Source: a virus. From it: DNA of 64,000 nt. The stretch is taken from IMG/VR virus record IMGVR_UViG_3300045988_050655. One strand, 5' to 3'. Shown here in pieces: positions 15,583-26,700 of this stretch. The notes under the pieces are model-generated. The model searched no databases. It was not told where the DNA came from and saw only the letters and a program-made list of their open reading frames with translations. Both the position numbers and the translations under genes were made by a program. Numbering within the stretch: position 1 is the stretch's first letter; every line of letters starts with the position of its first letter.

Positions 15583-15588
15583 AATGTT

Positions 15589-16395
15589 ATGCAGTATATA
15601 AATGTAACCATAGAACTTCTTAAAGCATACTCTTCAAACAAGAGCATGAAGGAACTTCTTGCGGTTGCTATTTGGATAAAGATGCAGCATAGCAATTCTG
15701 TAATGTGGAATGTTACGGAATACAAATTAAGAAAAGAGTTGCATATCGGGAAACCAAAAGCAGAAAGACTTATTCAAGATATGAAGGAAGATGGCTTGTT
15801 TACCGTTGACGGAAACAAGGTTATTGTTCATTCATTCCGTGACAACACGATAAAGTGGACTCGTAAGGGTCGTGAGTATCGTGGTGCTATGGTCTGTAAG
15901 TTTGAGGTGAAAGAATATACATTGAAGGAACTATTCAATCTTATCAATGAGAAGCTTTTTGAATTTCAGATTTGTGCTGCCGAGCATAAGGACTGTTGTA
16001 TGAAAGCACCTGAGGGTGAAAAAGTCGGTGCCAAAGGTAAAGCAATCACAATAAAGCAATTTCAGAAGGCTCTCAATACAAGTGGTAGTTCTGTTTCAAG
16101 AATCAAGAAGAGACTTCTTGCCAGTGGTAGAATTAATTCTACTCTTGCAGAGAAACATTCCTTTGACATCAGGAATGAGGAAGAAACAAAAAGAACATTG
16201 TTGAGAACGAGAAAAACCAAAGCAGACTTTATTGTCGGCACTCTGGGATTTGTAGTTCTTGCCTGTTCTTATTCTATTGCTGATAGAGCGGTGTCGGATG
16301 GATTCAGACATCTTATCTATGGCAAGCAGAGTGAAAAGGTTATACAGAAAAACATGAGTAGTATTGGAGGAATCCCTGACGGATTTTTCTGTTAA
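15589..16395 (+). CDS. putative winged-helix DNA-binding protein (possible replication/regulatory role)
   Basis: ATG 15589 lies in frame within track ORF 15550-16395, whose TTG start would sit inside the hairpin/U-tract. ELHIGKPKAERLIQDMKEDGLFTVDG and TSGSSVSRIKKRLLASGRI look like HTH/wHTH segments. Confidence 0.4.
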   Translation: MQYINVTIELLKAYSSNKSMKELLAVAIWIKMQHSNSVMWNVTEYKLRKELHIGKPKAERLIQDMKEDGLFTVDGNKVIVHSFRDNTIKWTRKGREYRGAMVCKFEVKEYTLKELFNLINEKLFEFQICAAEHKDCCMKAPEGEKVGAKGKAITIKQFQKALNTSGSSVSRIKKRLLASGRINSTLAEKHSFDIRNEEETKRTLLRTRKTKADFIVGTLGFVVLACSYSIADRAVSDGFRHLIYGKQSEKVIQKNMSSIGGIPDGFFC

Positions 16396-16462
16396 TTGCT
16401 TAGGTGTTTATTTTGGTAAGCTACATTGAAAGAAAGAAAATATATTTAGTAAGTTATTAGTT

Positions 16463-17167
16463 ATGATTAAACCAACTTATGAAAAGTTCAAGAGATATTG
16501 TATATCGAAGAACTATGGAACAGATGAATACATCAAGAGTCTTTATGATTATCTTGATGAGAGGGAGTGGAAGAAGGCAAATGGAGAGGAACCAGTAAAC
16601 TGGATGATTCTCACTGATGCTAACTTTGGTGTGTTCAACGCTAAAGGTAAATTCTCTAGAGCAATCAGGGAAAAATTGGCTGAAAAGTCGGAAGATTTCG
16701 ACCCTGTTGAGCCATTCCCTGATAATGGCATGAACTATGTGGCTTATACGGATGGAAGTTGTGACAATCATTCTAAGTATAAGGCTGGAGGTTCGGCTTA
16801 TATCGTGTTGAAGGATGGCGATATTGTCAAGATGAAGAATCATGGCAGACTACAGACTACGAATAATAGAATGGAGTTGCTTGCTATCATCAGTGCAGCT
16901 AAGTCTTGCCCATCTGGTGCTTATCTTGATATTTATACAGATAGCCAGTACTGCATACTTGTGTTGGGGAAGAGTACTCCACCAAAGAAGAATCCTGACC
17001 TCTATGAGTTGTACAAGAAATGCTCTGCTCATTTGGCAGGAGTTCAGTTTCATTGGGTAAAAGGTCACAATGGTGACAAGTACAATGAAATGGTTGATGA
17101 TTTGGCTTATGGTGCGTACTGCGAGATATGTGAGCAATATAATATAGAGAAATTGAAAAGACATTAA
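16463..17167 (+). CDS. rnhA: RNase HI with ~95-aa N-terminal extension
   Basis: YTDGSCDN, NNRMELLAIISA, IYTDSQY and HWVKGHNGDKYNEMVDDLA give the D-E-D-D RNase H fold motifs. Confidence 0.8.
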   Translation: MIKPTYEKFKRYCISKNYGTDEYIKSLYDYLDEREWKKANGEEPVNWMILTDANFGVFNAKGKFSRAIREKLAEKSEDFDPVEPFPDNGMNYVAYTDGSCDNHSKYKAGGSAYIVLKDGDIVKMKNHGRLQTTNNRMELLAIISAAKSCPSGAYLDIYTDSQYCILVLGKSTPPKKNPDLYELYKKCSAHLAGVQFHWVKGHNGDKYNEMVDDLAYGAYCEICEQYNIEKLKRH

Positions 17168-17178
17168 AATTTTGGCTT

Positions 17179-17559
17179 ATGGAACTTGATATGTTGATTA
17201 GAGATGCCCTGAGTGATGCCCAGTGGTTAATTGCGAAGGGCGGCACGGATAGGGCAGAAGTCCTGAATCGTGTGATGGGTAAGATTGATGATGTCCTGAA
17301 AGAACTGGATGGGGTTGAACTCATTGACCTCAACAAGGTTTGGCATCAGGCGAAAGATGTTATGCCACCAAGAATTTATGGTGGCAATCATGCAGACTTG
17401 CTGTGTGTGCATCAGTTCAAGCCTACCTCTCATCCTATTCTTACTCATGAAGAGTACTGCCCTGAGGAGGAAGCGTATCTTAAAGCGAGTCCGAATGACT
17501 GGTGGTGCAGAACTGGGGATTTGTTGAAGAAGGAACATCGTGAACTTTATTGGAGATAG
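17179..17559 (+). CDS. hypothetical protein
   Basis: 126-aa ORF. Confidence 0.45.
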   Translation: MELDMLIRDALSDAQWLIAKGGTDRAEVLNRVMGKIDDVLKELDGVELIDLNKVWHQAKDVMPPRIYGGNHADLLCVHQFKPTSHPILTHEEYCPEEEAYLKASPNDWWCRTGDLLKKEHRELYWR

Positions 17560-18137
17560 ATATGGAGATAGAAGTCTGGAAACCTATCGAAGGTTATGAG
17601 GATAGATACGAAATATCCAATTTGGGTAGAGTAAAATCCTTGGAACGTAGAATTAGAATTGCAAACGGTCGTTATCGAGTAAAGAAACAGAATATACTGA
17701 AGGAAAATCGTGCCCTTCCATATACTATGGTTCATTTAAGCGAGAAACCTTTTTATGTTCACAGATTGGTCGCTAATGCTTTTTGTGATAATCCGTGTGG
17801 GTATAATGAGGTAAACCACAAAAATGAAAACATCAGAGATAACAGAGCTGTGAATCTAGAATGGTGTGACCATAAATATAATTGTAATTATGGCACAAGA
17901 AATATTCGACAAGCGGCTAAATTAATAAATGGTAAATGGGCAAAATCGGTTGTTCAGTTAACATTGTCTGGCGAATATGTTGCAACCTTTCCGTCAGTAG
18001 CAGAGGTTCATAGACAGTTAGGGTTCAGTAAAGCACCAATAACATGTTGTTGTAGGCATTATAAATATTACACATCTTCTCATGGTTATATGTGGATGTT
18101 TGAATCAGAGTATAAAAACAGAAAATATGGTAAGTAG
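17550..18137 (+). CDS. HNH homing endonuclease (NUMOD4 plus HNH_3 type)
   Basis: EVWKPIEGYEDRYEISNLGRVKS (NUMOD4). VHRLVANAF....NEVNHKNENIRDNRAVNLEW (HNH). Confidence 0.75.
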   Translation: MEIDMEIEVWKPIEGYEDRYEISNLGRVKSLERRIRIANGRYRVKKQNILKENRALPYTMVHLSEKPFYVHRLVANAFCDNPCGYNEVNHKNENIRDNRAVNLEWCDHKYNCNYGTRNIRQAAKLINGKWAKSVVQLTLSGEYVATFPSVAEVHRQLGFSKAPITCCCRHYKYYTSSHGYMWMFESEYKNRKYGK

Positions 18138-18405
18138 GTCTGCTAAATATTATCAAGAGCATCCTTTAGCAAGAAAAAGAAAAGCCATGTATGATAGCAA
18201 ATTTGAGAGTTCTCCATCTCAAAAAAAGAAAAGAAGGGAACTTGCAAAATTTAACGCTGCTCACGATAAGAAGTATGGGGCAGCTTCACGCAAGGGCATG
18301 GATGCTTCACATACCAAGGCAGGAATCAGGTATAAACCATCATCGGTGAATCGTGGTTCCAAGACGGATATGGCTGGGGATAGAAGGGCTAGAGGCGGTC
18401 GCTGA
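18127..18405 (+). CDS. small basic hypothetical protein
   Basis: ATG 18127 overlaps the HNH gene end. MVSRSAKYYQEHPLARKRKAMYD...KKKRRELAKFNAAH. Confidence 0.45.
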   Translation: MVSRSAKYYQEHPLARKRKAMYDSKFESSPSQKKKRRELAKFNAAHDKKYGAASRKGMDASHTKAGIRYKPSSVNRGSKTDMAGDRRARGGR

Positions 18406-18418
18406 TAGTGAATAAAAG

Positions 18419-18448
18419 AATAGGGAGTGCTCACGCATTCCCTATTTT
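18419..18448 (+). terminator. rho-independent terminator
   Basis: aataggga-gtgctcacgcat-tccctatt followed by tt. 8-bp stem, 14 nt after the stop. Confidence 0.6.
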
Positions 18449-18529
18449 GTTATCCTAACAATCTTAAAACCTATAAACTAAAAAACCTATGAAAAAACAA
18501 TCGTACTTCTTAATTATGATAAATTCAAT

Positions 18530-18838
18530 TTAACCTTCCTCTTCCGACATCTGTCTCAACTTCTCGGTAAGCGCATTGTGTACCTCACGCTTATCGTCAA
18601 GAGTGACGGTCTGTAGCTTAGGGCAATTAAACTCCAGTATCTTGATAAATGTTGCAACCTTATCTTTAGGCTCGCAATCATGCCAAGCTGACATAAAATC
18701 TTCCCAAGCCTCTCTAGAAAAGTCGGCACACAGCTCACGAAACTCCTTTGTGATAGGAGATTCGTACCCTTTCTGCTTTCCTCCAGTCTTCGGTCTTCCC
18801 TTCTCGAACTGACCTTTTGAATTTCTGTCTGCTGCCAT
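18530..18838 (-). CDS. hypothetical protein (DUF5681-like N-terminus; possible small terminase-type DNA-binding protein)
   Basis: MAADRNSKGQFEKGRPKTGGKQKG resembles the G.F.KG.sGNP.G+PKG motif. ATG 18838. Confidence 0.35.
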   Translation of the reverse strand: MAADRNSKGQFEKGRPKTGGKQKGYESPITKEFRELCADFSREAWEDFMSAWHDCEPKDKVATFIKILEFNCPKLQTVTLDDKREVHNALTEKLRQMSEEEG

Positions 18839-18857
18839 TGTCTTAACTATTTTGGTG

Positions 18858-18865
18858 CAAAGATA
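18858..18865 (-). promoter_or_regulatory. Bacteroidota -7 box (TATCTTTG on minus strand)
   Basis: Plus strand reads caaagata. 20 nt upstream of ATG 18838. Confidence 0.45.
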
Positions 18866-18948
18866 GCAATTATTCGTCAAACGGAAACTTTATCCGTTAA
18901 TTTACCTCCAAAATAAACGGATAAAATACGATTCTCGGATGCTATTTG

Positions 18949-18956
18949 TATCTTTG
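18949..18956 (+). promoter_or_regulatory. Bacteroidota -7 box (TATCTTTG) for the giant-gene operon
   Basis: 31 nt upstream of ATG 18987. Confidence 0.5.
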
Positions 18957-18986
18957 CCACATTATTAATAATTAAAATACATATAT

Positions 18987-19658
18987 ATGTTAGGAGCATT
19001 AATTGGGGCAGGTCTTGGACTTGCAAGTAGTATCGCTGGTGGTGTAGCTAACCGCAAGGCGAGACGTAAGCAGGAGCAGATGATTGCCCAGCAACAGAAA
19101 GAAAATCAGGCATGGTATGACCGAACATACAATGCCGACCCGACCAAGCGTGCTGATACGGTTCGCTTGCTCACACAGATGCAGGAGCAGATTAAGAACA
19201 GAAACAAGGCTGCCAAGGGCAGACAGGCGGTGATGGGTGGTATGGAAGACTCCACTACTGCGGTGAAGGAGGCGAACAACAAGGTTCTTGCTGATACTAC
19301 CTCACAGATTGTGGCTGCGAATGAGTCTCGCAAGGATAATATCGAGCAGCAGTATAGAGAGCGCAAGAATCAGTTACAGAACCAGCAGATGGGCATTGAA
19401 GCTGAGAAGGCTGCTGATACCGCTAATGCGGTGGCTGGCGTGGCTGGTACTGCTGCCAATATCGCTGCAACTATTGATAGTGGTGCTGGTGGAGCAAAGA
19501 AGGCTCCGAATATGAATGTGACTCAGGAGCAGTTGAATGGTATTGCCAAGAATCCGAATGATGTTCTTGGCTTGAAGGCGAAGACTACTGGGCTACCATC
19601 GCAAGGTGAACTGAATAGTCTTGGCTTGAAATTGCAAGAACAGAAAGTAAAAGCATAG
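18987..19658 (+). CDS. hypothetical protein with Gly-zipper N-terminal helix and coiled coil (virion/ejection-protein candidate)
   Basis: MLGALIGAGLGLASSIAGGVANRKARRK followed by Q/K-rich coiled coil. Confidence 0.45.
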   Translation: MLGALIGAGLGLASSIAGGVANRKARRKQEQMIAQQQKENQAWYDRTYNADPTKRADTVRLLTQMQEQIKNRNKAAKGRQAVMGGMEDSTTAVKEANNKVLADTTSQIVAANESRKDNIEQQYRERKNQLQNQQMGIEAEKAADTANAVAGVAGTAANIAATIDSGAGGAKKAPNMNVTQEQLNGIAKNPNDVLGLKAKTTGLPSQGELNSLGLKLQEQKVKA

Positions 19659-19661
19659 CCT

Positions 19662-20774
19662 ATGAAAGCATCAGATATGTTACGACACAATAATGGCTTG
19701 AAGACTACACAGAGTGTACTCAACAAGCAGCAGAGTGGGGTGGATGCTGCCAACAAGGTGGCACAGACTCAGGCTCCAGTCTTCACCCAGCAGCAACTTG
19801 ATGCGGCTGGCAAGAAGGTTGACCAGATGAATGCTGCCACTCCCACCGATGATGCTATGAAGGCGGCTAGGGCTAAGACTATCGCTACTCAGCAAGCTAT
19901 CGCCAATGGGGTGGACGTGAATCAGGGAGTGCCAAATGATGAGGAGGATAAACCATCCGTGCCTATCGTGAAGAAGGAGGAGCCAGCAGAACAGCCTAAG
20001 CAGTTGTCTTATGCCGACATGTATAAGATGCTGAATCCTGAGCAGCAGGAGACGGCTGAACAGAGGGCGAACAGAGAGAAAAAGGAGCGTACCAAGGCTC
20101 GTATCGCTGCTCTGGGTGATGGCCTCCGTGCGCTATCCAATATCTACTTCGCTACCAAGGGTGCAAAGGTGGTACACAATCCTGAGTCGGATATGACTAA
20201 GGCGGTGAATAAACGCAAGGCATATATGGATGCTCAGAGAGAGAAGAATCGGGCGGCTTGGCTGGCAGGGTATCAGAGGGCACTCGCTCTTGATGAGGAA
20301 GCTCGGAAGAATAACCTGACTCTCGCTGAGCAGATGAGGTATCACGATAATATGGATAGAGTCAATAGGGCAAAAGTCATGTTAGACCAAATGAGGATAG
20401 CACAGCAAGATGAATACAATAAGGGTAAATTAAGTAATCAGGAGTCTGCGAACAAAGAAACCGTTAGACATCATAAAGAGCAGGAAAGTACTAGTAAGAA
20501 GAATGCCAACGCTAATGTGACTAGAGCACAAAAGGCAGGAAAAAATAAAGGTGGTTCTTCTAAAGAAAACTATAATAAAACTCTCGCTGGTTTAACTACT
20601 AAAGACCCTAATGGAGTAAGAGCGGTTACTAAGAGTTTGAAACGTGCTGGTGTTCCTCAAAATGCACAGACAATAGTAGAGGCTTACAGAACACAGAATG
20701 GTTCATTCCATGGTGGCGGTTCTACGAGTAACAATAGTCGAGCTAAGCAATTAGCCAAGAAGTATGGATTTTAA
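19662..20774 (+). CDS. hypothetical Lys/Gln-rich coiled-coil protein
   Basis: 370-aa ORF, 4 nt after the previous stop. Confidence 0.45.
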   Translation: MKASDMLRHNNGLKTTQSVLNKQQSGVDAANKVAQTQAPVFTQQQLDAAGKKVDQMNAATPTDDAMKAARAKTIATQQAIANGVDVNQGVPNDEEDKPSVPIVKKEEPAEQPKQLSYADMYKMLNPEQQETAEQRANREKKERTKARIAALGDGLRALSNIYFATKGAKVVHNPESDMTKAVNKRKAYMDAQREKNRAAWLAGYQRALALDEEARKNNLTLAEQMRYHDNMDRVNRAKVMLDQMRIAQQDEYNKGKLSNQESANKETVRHHKEQESTSKKNANANVTRAQKAGKNKGGSSKENYNKTLAGLTTKDPNGVRAVTKSLKRAGVPQNAQTIVEAYRTQNGSFHGGGSTSNNSRAKQLAKKYGF

Positions 20775-20785
20775 ATAGTAATATT

Positions 20786-23700
20786 ATGCCAGATAATGTA
20801 GATAAGTTATTTGAAATAATGCAGGCGAAAGGTGCTGCTAGTGATAGAGGTAAGTTCCGAAAAGTATTCTTGACTCCTGGCAATAAGGGGTATAAGATAA
20901 GAAAGGATATTTATGATGGACTCAGGGCAGACGGCATTATAGATAGTCCAACTTACGAGGATTTTAGACGAAAGCTAAGACTTGGTGGTACTCCAACAGT
21001 CAATAAGTATCGTCAGCAAATGTTTAACTCTGTTGACCCAAACAAGAGCAGAGCGTCAGAACTTACTAATAGAGCGGTAGGTCAGGCTGTAAGGGCAACC
21101 AACAATGTCCGTAAACCAGTAACCGCAAAGGTTGTGAATCGGAAAGGTAAGCCAATTGGAGAGGAGTTTGCCATTACTCCTGCCAAGACCGTAGAAGACC
21201 TTGATAGGGAGTATGCTCAGGAGACAACAAAGAACTGGGAGAATGAACTGCATGACCAGATGGCTGATGCCGACAAGGATGCAGCAAAGATTAGCGATAT
21301 GTTCAAGTCCTTCATCGGTTCTACTGATGAAGTAGGTAGTGTATGGGGTAACATGACTAGAGGTGGCGGTATCGCTGGTACTCCTCATAGTGTTACTACC
21401 AACAATGGCATCATGGAGAATACAGAAGCTCGACAAATTCTTGCTGCTGGTGATTACAATCGTAAGAGAAGAGAACTCTTGCAGTTGGAGCAGGATTCAA
21501 GAAATGGTGCAATCTTTGACAATCATTCTTTTTTTAGAGGAATGTATGATGCAGCCAAAGATACTGGATTCCTGACTGGCGGTGCATCTGACCTTATCAA
21601 TGCTGGTTCCTTGCTTGCAACCAAGCAGGATTTGGATAATGGTGTCCATACTGAAGCTGGTGATATGCTGATGCAGCAAGCGGTAAAGAATAGTAATGCA
21701 CAGAGTCAGTATGGTGACAATCAGGGATGGATGTACACTGGTGGTGTTATCACTACCAATATGGCTCCTTTTATGGTGCAGATTGGTAGTGCTGGATTTT
21801 CCAAGGGTATGAGTAACGCTATTGGTAAGGTAGTGCAGAGTGCAGCTTCCAAGGTCGCATTGGGTATGATGAATAAGGCAATTGGATTGACAAGTACTCA
21901 TGTCGCAAACATCATAGGTAAAATGACTGGTCTTACTACCAAAGCATTCGGCAAGGCTATCCAGTATGGAATTGTAGGTGCTGCCCAAGCTAATACGGTT
22001 GGTCTTGGAAATGTGGCTAACGATGTGATTAACCGCTATACTGGTCAGGTCTATCAGGATGAGCAGGGCAACTACAAGTTTGGCACATTTGATAGTGATG
22101 GCAATCTTGTGCATGAAGGCGGTGAAGACTTCCTTACTGCTCTCGTAAAGGGTGAGGCGGCTCAGACTATTGAGTTTGCTACTGAGTTGGCTGGCGGTGG
22201 AATTGATGCTGCTGGTACTGCCCTGAAGAACTTCGTTACCAAAGGTGGCAAGAAAATTATCAACAAGTACAACATGGAGAATGTTTCCAAGGTGATTGAC
22301 TTCTTGCTTAATAATAAGGTGGCAAAGAATGCAAGATACTTGAAGGCTGGTGCTGACAGAACTCTTGGCAAGGTTGAAGTGAATAGTATTGTCGGTGAGT
22401 CTCTGGAGGAAGAGTTGGGTATCATCGCCAACACGGTCTTTACTGGTGATAATAAAATCTCAGACTTGTGGGATGAAAAGCAGCAGTCTCAGATATGGGG
22501 CGGCATGCTCTTGTCTATCGGATTGATGAAGGGTGCTGTTGCTCCTTTCCATGCTTATAATGCCAAGCAGTATTATTCCTATAAGCATAAGCTAGACAAG
22601 GCTGATGTGAACTTGTCTCAGTTGCTCGGTAAGGAGAAGTGGGAAGAACTCCGTAATCAGATTGATACTACAACAAACGATGATATGCCTGAAATGGTAA
22701 ACAGAATCAATCGTGATGTTGCTCTTGGTAAGAACAGACAGCCAGTGCGTGAGTATATTCAGAACTTGCTCATCATGCGTGGATATGACATTGGCAACAT
22801 GCTTGCTGCAAAGAAGGCAGTTGAAGACAAGGGTGAAGGTGTCTCTGTGAAGAATATGGAGAAGAATCAGGCATACCAGCAGGGTCGTGATGCTTATGGC
22901 TACGATACTCATGAGATTCAGTTAGACCAAGAAGACAAACAAAAGTCTCTTGCCCAACTTCTCGGTATCTCAGAGCAGCAGTTGGCATCCATGAGTGATG
23001 AGGAACTTGATGCACTCTCTGGTCGTGATGATAATATTGATAGGGCTATCTATGACTACCAGTTATCTACTGCTCGCTATGAAGGTGTGATTGATAATGC
23101 AAGAGACCAGATAGACTTGGAGGTTCAGAGGGCAGCACAAGCGGTTGATATGTACACAGACAAGTCTCGCAATACAATCCGAAATGCTACCATCAAGGCT
23201 ACTGGCGGCTTGGAAGACTATGGTGTTTATATTATTAATGGTAATATCGCTACCCATGAAGATGGTTCCATTGATATTAGTAATAGTGATGATATGATTC
23301 TGTATTATGACCCAACTACCAATACGGTTGAGCATGCTGATGCCATGATGTTTGCTGAACTGGGTAGTGAGGAGAATGCTGATGAAGTGAGAAGTCAGGC
23401 TATGGCTGATGCCAAGGAGAAGGCTATCAAAGAGACTACTGGTATCATTGATGGTGTTGTAGAGGTAGGTACTCAGTTCAAGACCGTTGATGCAGATGGA
23501 ACAGAACATACTTATGAAGTACTCGCTGATAATGGTGATGGTACTGCCATGATTACTATTGATGGCAACATTCCAACTGAACTTGTCAAGGGTGAGAATG
23601 TAAATATTCCAGTCTCGTTTGAAGAGTTGCAGAAGATGAAGGATGAGTCTGACCAGCAGAGATTGCAAGCGGCAAAGGCTCAGCGAGAACAGATGGAGAA

Positions 23701-26700
23701 GGAGCGTGCTGAGCAGCAAAATCAGGAGACAGAAGAGACTCAACCTTCATTTGACTTCAAAAAGATACTCAATGATAATGGTAACGTGGTGCTTGCTGAT
23801 GTACTCGACGAGGATGGCAATACAAGATACCCAAACTCAAAGTTATTTCTCATCCGTGATTCTGGTGCTAAAGCTAAGGTGGTAGAGTTGAAGAGTGATG
23901 GCACTCTTAAATCTCATGCCGTTGATAAGAAAGACGTGAGAACTGCTACTACTATGTCGCTCGATGAATACAAACAAGCTATGGCTGAATCCTCAATGAT
24001 AGAGGATAATAGTGGAGAGAATAGAGGTGAGATAGAGGCTGAAACTTCAATAATAGAGGATGCTGAACCAATAGGAACTGGTGCGTTTGGCAACATCTAT
24101 AATCAGTTTAAGGGCAAAGTTAAGGAGGCTTTCAACTTCCTGATGAGTCATAAGAGTGGAGATTTACTTGGTGTCTTCCATCGTGATGATGTTGGAGACA
24201 TTGACCTTGTATGGGGTAACGAAAAGATGGGTTTGGCTCATATCCTTGGAAAGCATGTAGGTGAAGGAAAAGACTTTGAGACTCCAGATGATGCTATTGA
24301 AATGATTGAGAATGTTATTAATAGCGGTCGTATCTTCCAAGATAATCAGAATCGCTATACATTAATGCTTGATGGTGTAGGTGTAGGTATCAGAAAGAGT
24401 TTCGATGGCGAGAAAAAGAATTGGATTGTGACTGCTGTTGACTTTAATAGAAGTCAAGAAGAAAAAGGAATCGTCACCAATCCCACGTCAACCTCTCATG
24501 GTGTTACTGAGTCAGAGTCTGCTGCTGCGCTCAACGATTCCGATGGCAAAGATATTAATAATTCTGCAAACGACAATGAAAATAATGAAAGTTTAACATT
24601 TGAGGATGGTACTCCTATCCCAGTTGATGAGAATGGAGAGACTGACCTTAGCCAGACTGATGCTGCTCATGCTGCTGAGTGGTATGATAATAACCTCGGT
24701 GAGGATGCTGACGATTGGTTGGATGGAGAAATCAAGAAGGCTAAGAAGGTATTGGAGCAAGCACAGAATAAGAAGGTGACTGGCACTAAGCCTTCTGAGT
24801 TGGTTGCAAGCAAGAAAGAGAAGGAAGCTGCCATTGCTGATGCCCAAGCACATTATGACTCTGCAATCTCTATTCGTGATTCGTTGAAGGAAAGAAGAAT
24901 TGCCAAGGAAGAGAATACTGCTGAGGGTAGGAAGGAACTCATTGAGAAGGAAAGAAGAAAGTTCGCTCGCTTGAAGAGTGCGGTGAAGGATGATGCTGAG
25001 GCGGTTGCTCAACTCTATAAGGAGACGGTTGGTTCGTTGCTGCATCGTCTTTACGATGGTACTGGCATTGACGTGACAGATACGATTCCGCTTACTGCTG
25101 AGGAGTATGTGGCTAGTAACCTCGGTGCTCACTCTCTCAACTATGAGGGAACAGAGACAAGCAAGGGTGTTAAGCAGGAGACTGGTTTGAACAGAGAAGA
25201 CTTTGCTAAGACTCAGTTGCTGGCTGCTGATGGCAAGGGAACTACTATTGATAACCTTGTGCATAGTCTGTGGGAGAATCGTCCATCTAACCTTGATTCG
25301 CTCGGCACACAAGAGATTCGTAACGCTTTGCTCAGCGTAATCACTAGCGGTTTCAAGGCATCGGAAGCAAGAAACTATATAGAGAATCTTCGTATTGCTC
25401 AGGCTGAGAACTTCCTTGAAGAGCAGAAGAAGGCTGCTGACAATGCCGCATTCGCTGAGGAGAATAAGGCTGAATCAGAACAACAGACTGAAACGGCTAC
25501 TGAATCTGAGGAGAAGACTGGGGAAGACAACTCTGATGAGATTAATGATGAGGATAATGAGAAGATAAATGAGCAGACAAATGAGAATATAAATGCTCCT
25601 GAGGTTCCTGAGGATGCAACGGAAGAGAATCCACTTGGCTTACAACTTAGCGAAGATAAGGTTCCGTTTGAAATTGAAGGAGGAAAGAGCGGTGAGACAT
25701 ATAACATAAATGATAATGAAGACAGACAGAGACTTATCAATGACAATAAGGTGGATGATAAGGACATCTTGGATATTGATATGCCTAAACATGTACACAA
25801 GGCTATTAAGGAGTTGTGTAAGAAGATGGGATTGAAGGTTCAGTTCCTTTATATGGGCGCAAGGTCAAATGGTTGGATAGAGAATGGAACCATGTATCTT
25901 GCTCTGGACACAGAGATGGCTACCCAGTTTGTGTTTGGTCACGAAATGACTCATGCAATCAAGCAGAAGAATCCTGAGGCATACAAGGAACTCGTTAAGG
26001 TTGCCATGGCTGTAACGACAAAGAAGAAGTTTGAGGAAGACTTGGCAAAGGTTTACCAAAACTATCATGGTATCTCTGGATATAACAATGTTGATGATTA
26101 CGTTGAGGAGGTTGTTGCTGACAACTTAGGAAAGTTCATTAATAACTTTGACTTGGCACAGAAGTTTTCTCTTCGTCTCAATCATCCTGTATTGGCAACG
26201 ATTCTTCATGCTATACAGAAGATAAAGAGTCTGTTATATGGAGACTTCTACAAGTCTGTAGATGCTTTGGAGCGTATCGTTGAAAAGGCATACGTTGATA
26301 CTGCCAAGGGTGAGGTGACGAACTCTGAGACTGGCGAAGATGTTTCCTTCTCTCTCCGTCAAAAGCCTGAACCTAAGAAGAAGGGCATCGGCTACAAGGT
26401 GTTCGTGTTGAAGGATGGCAAACTCTATCCACCAATGGTAGCGAACCCTGATGGTGCTGCTACTCCAGTAGGTGTATGGCTTGATGCTGATGCGGCTCCT
26501 ATTGCTGGAGAAAGCAAGACTGGCAGACCTCAGGTTAAGCAGGGCGGCAAGGGAACACAAGGCGGTAGCGGTAAGCTAGCCTATAGACCAGGCTGGCATC
26601 TTGGTGTTGTGCCTTATGCTATCCAGTTCAACCGCAAGGATGCTGAGGGAAACAAGACTCTCTTCCCTAAGAACTTTGTCTTCGCTGAGGTGGAGTATGC

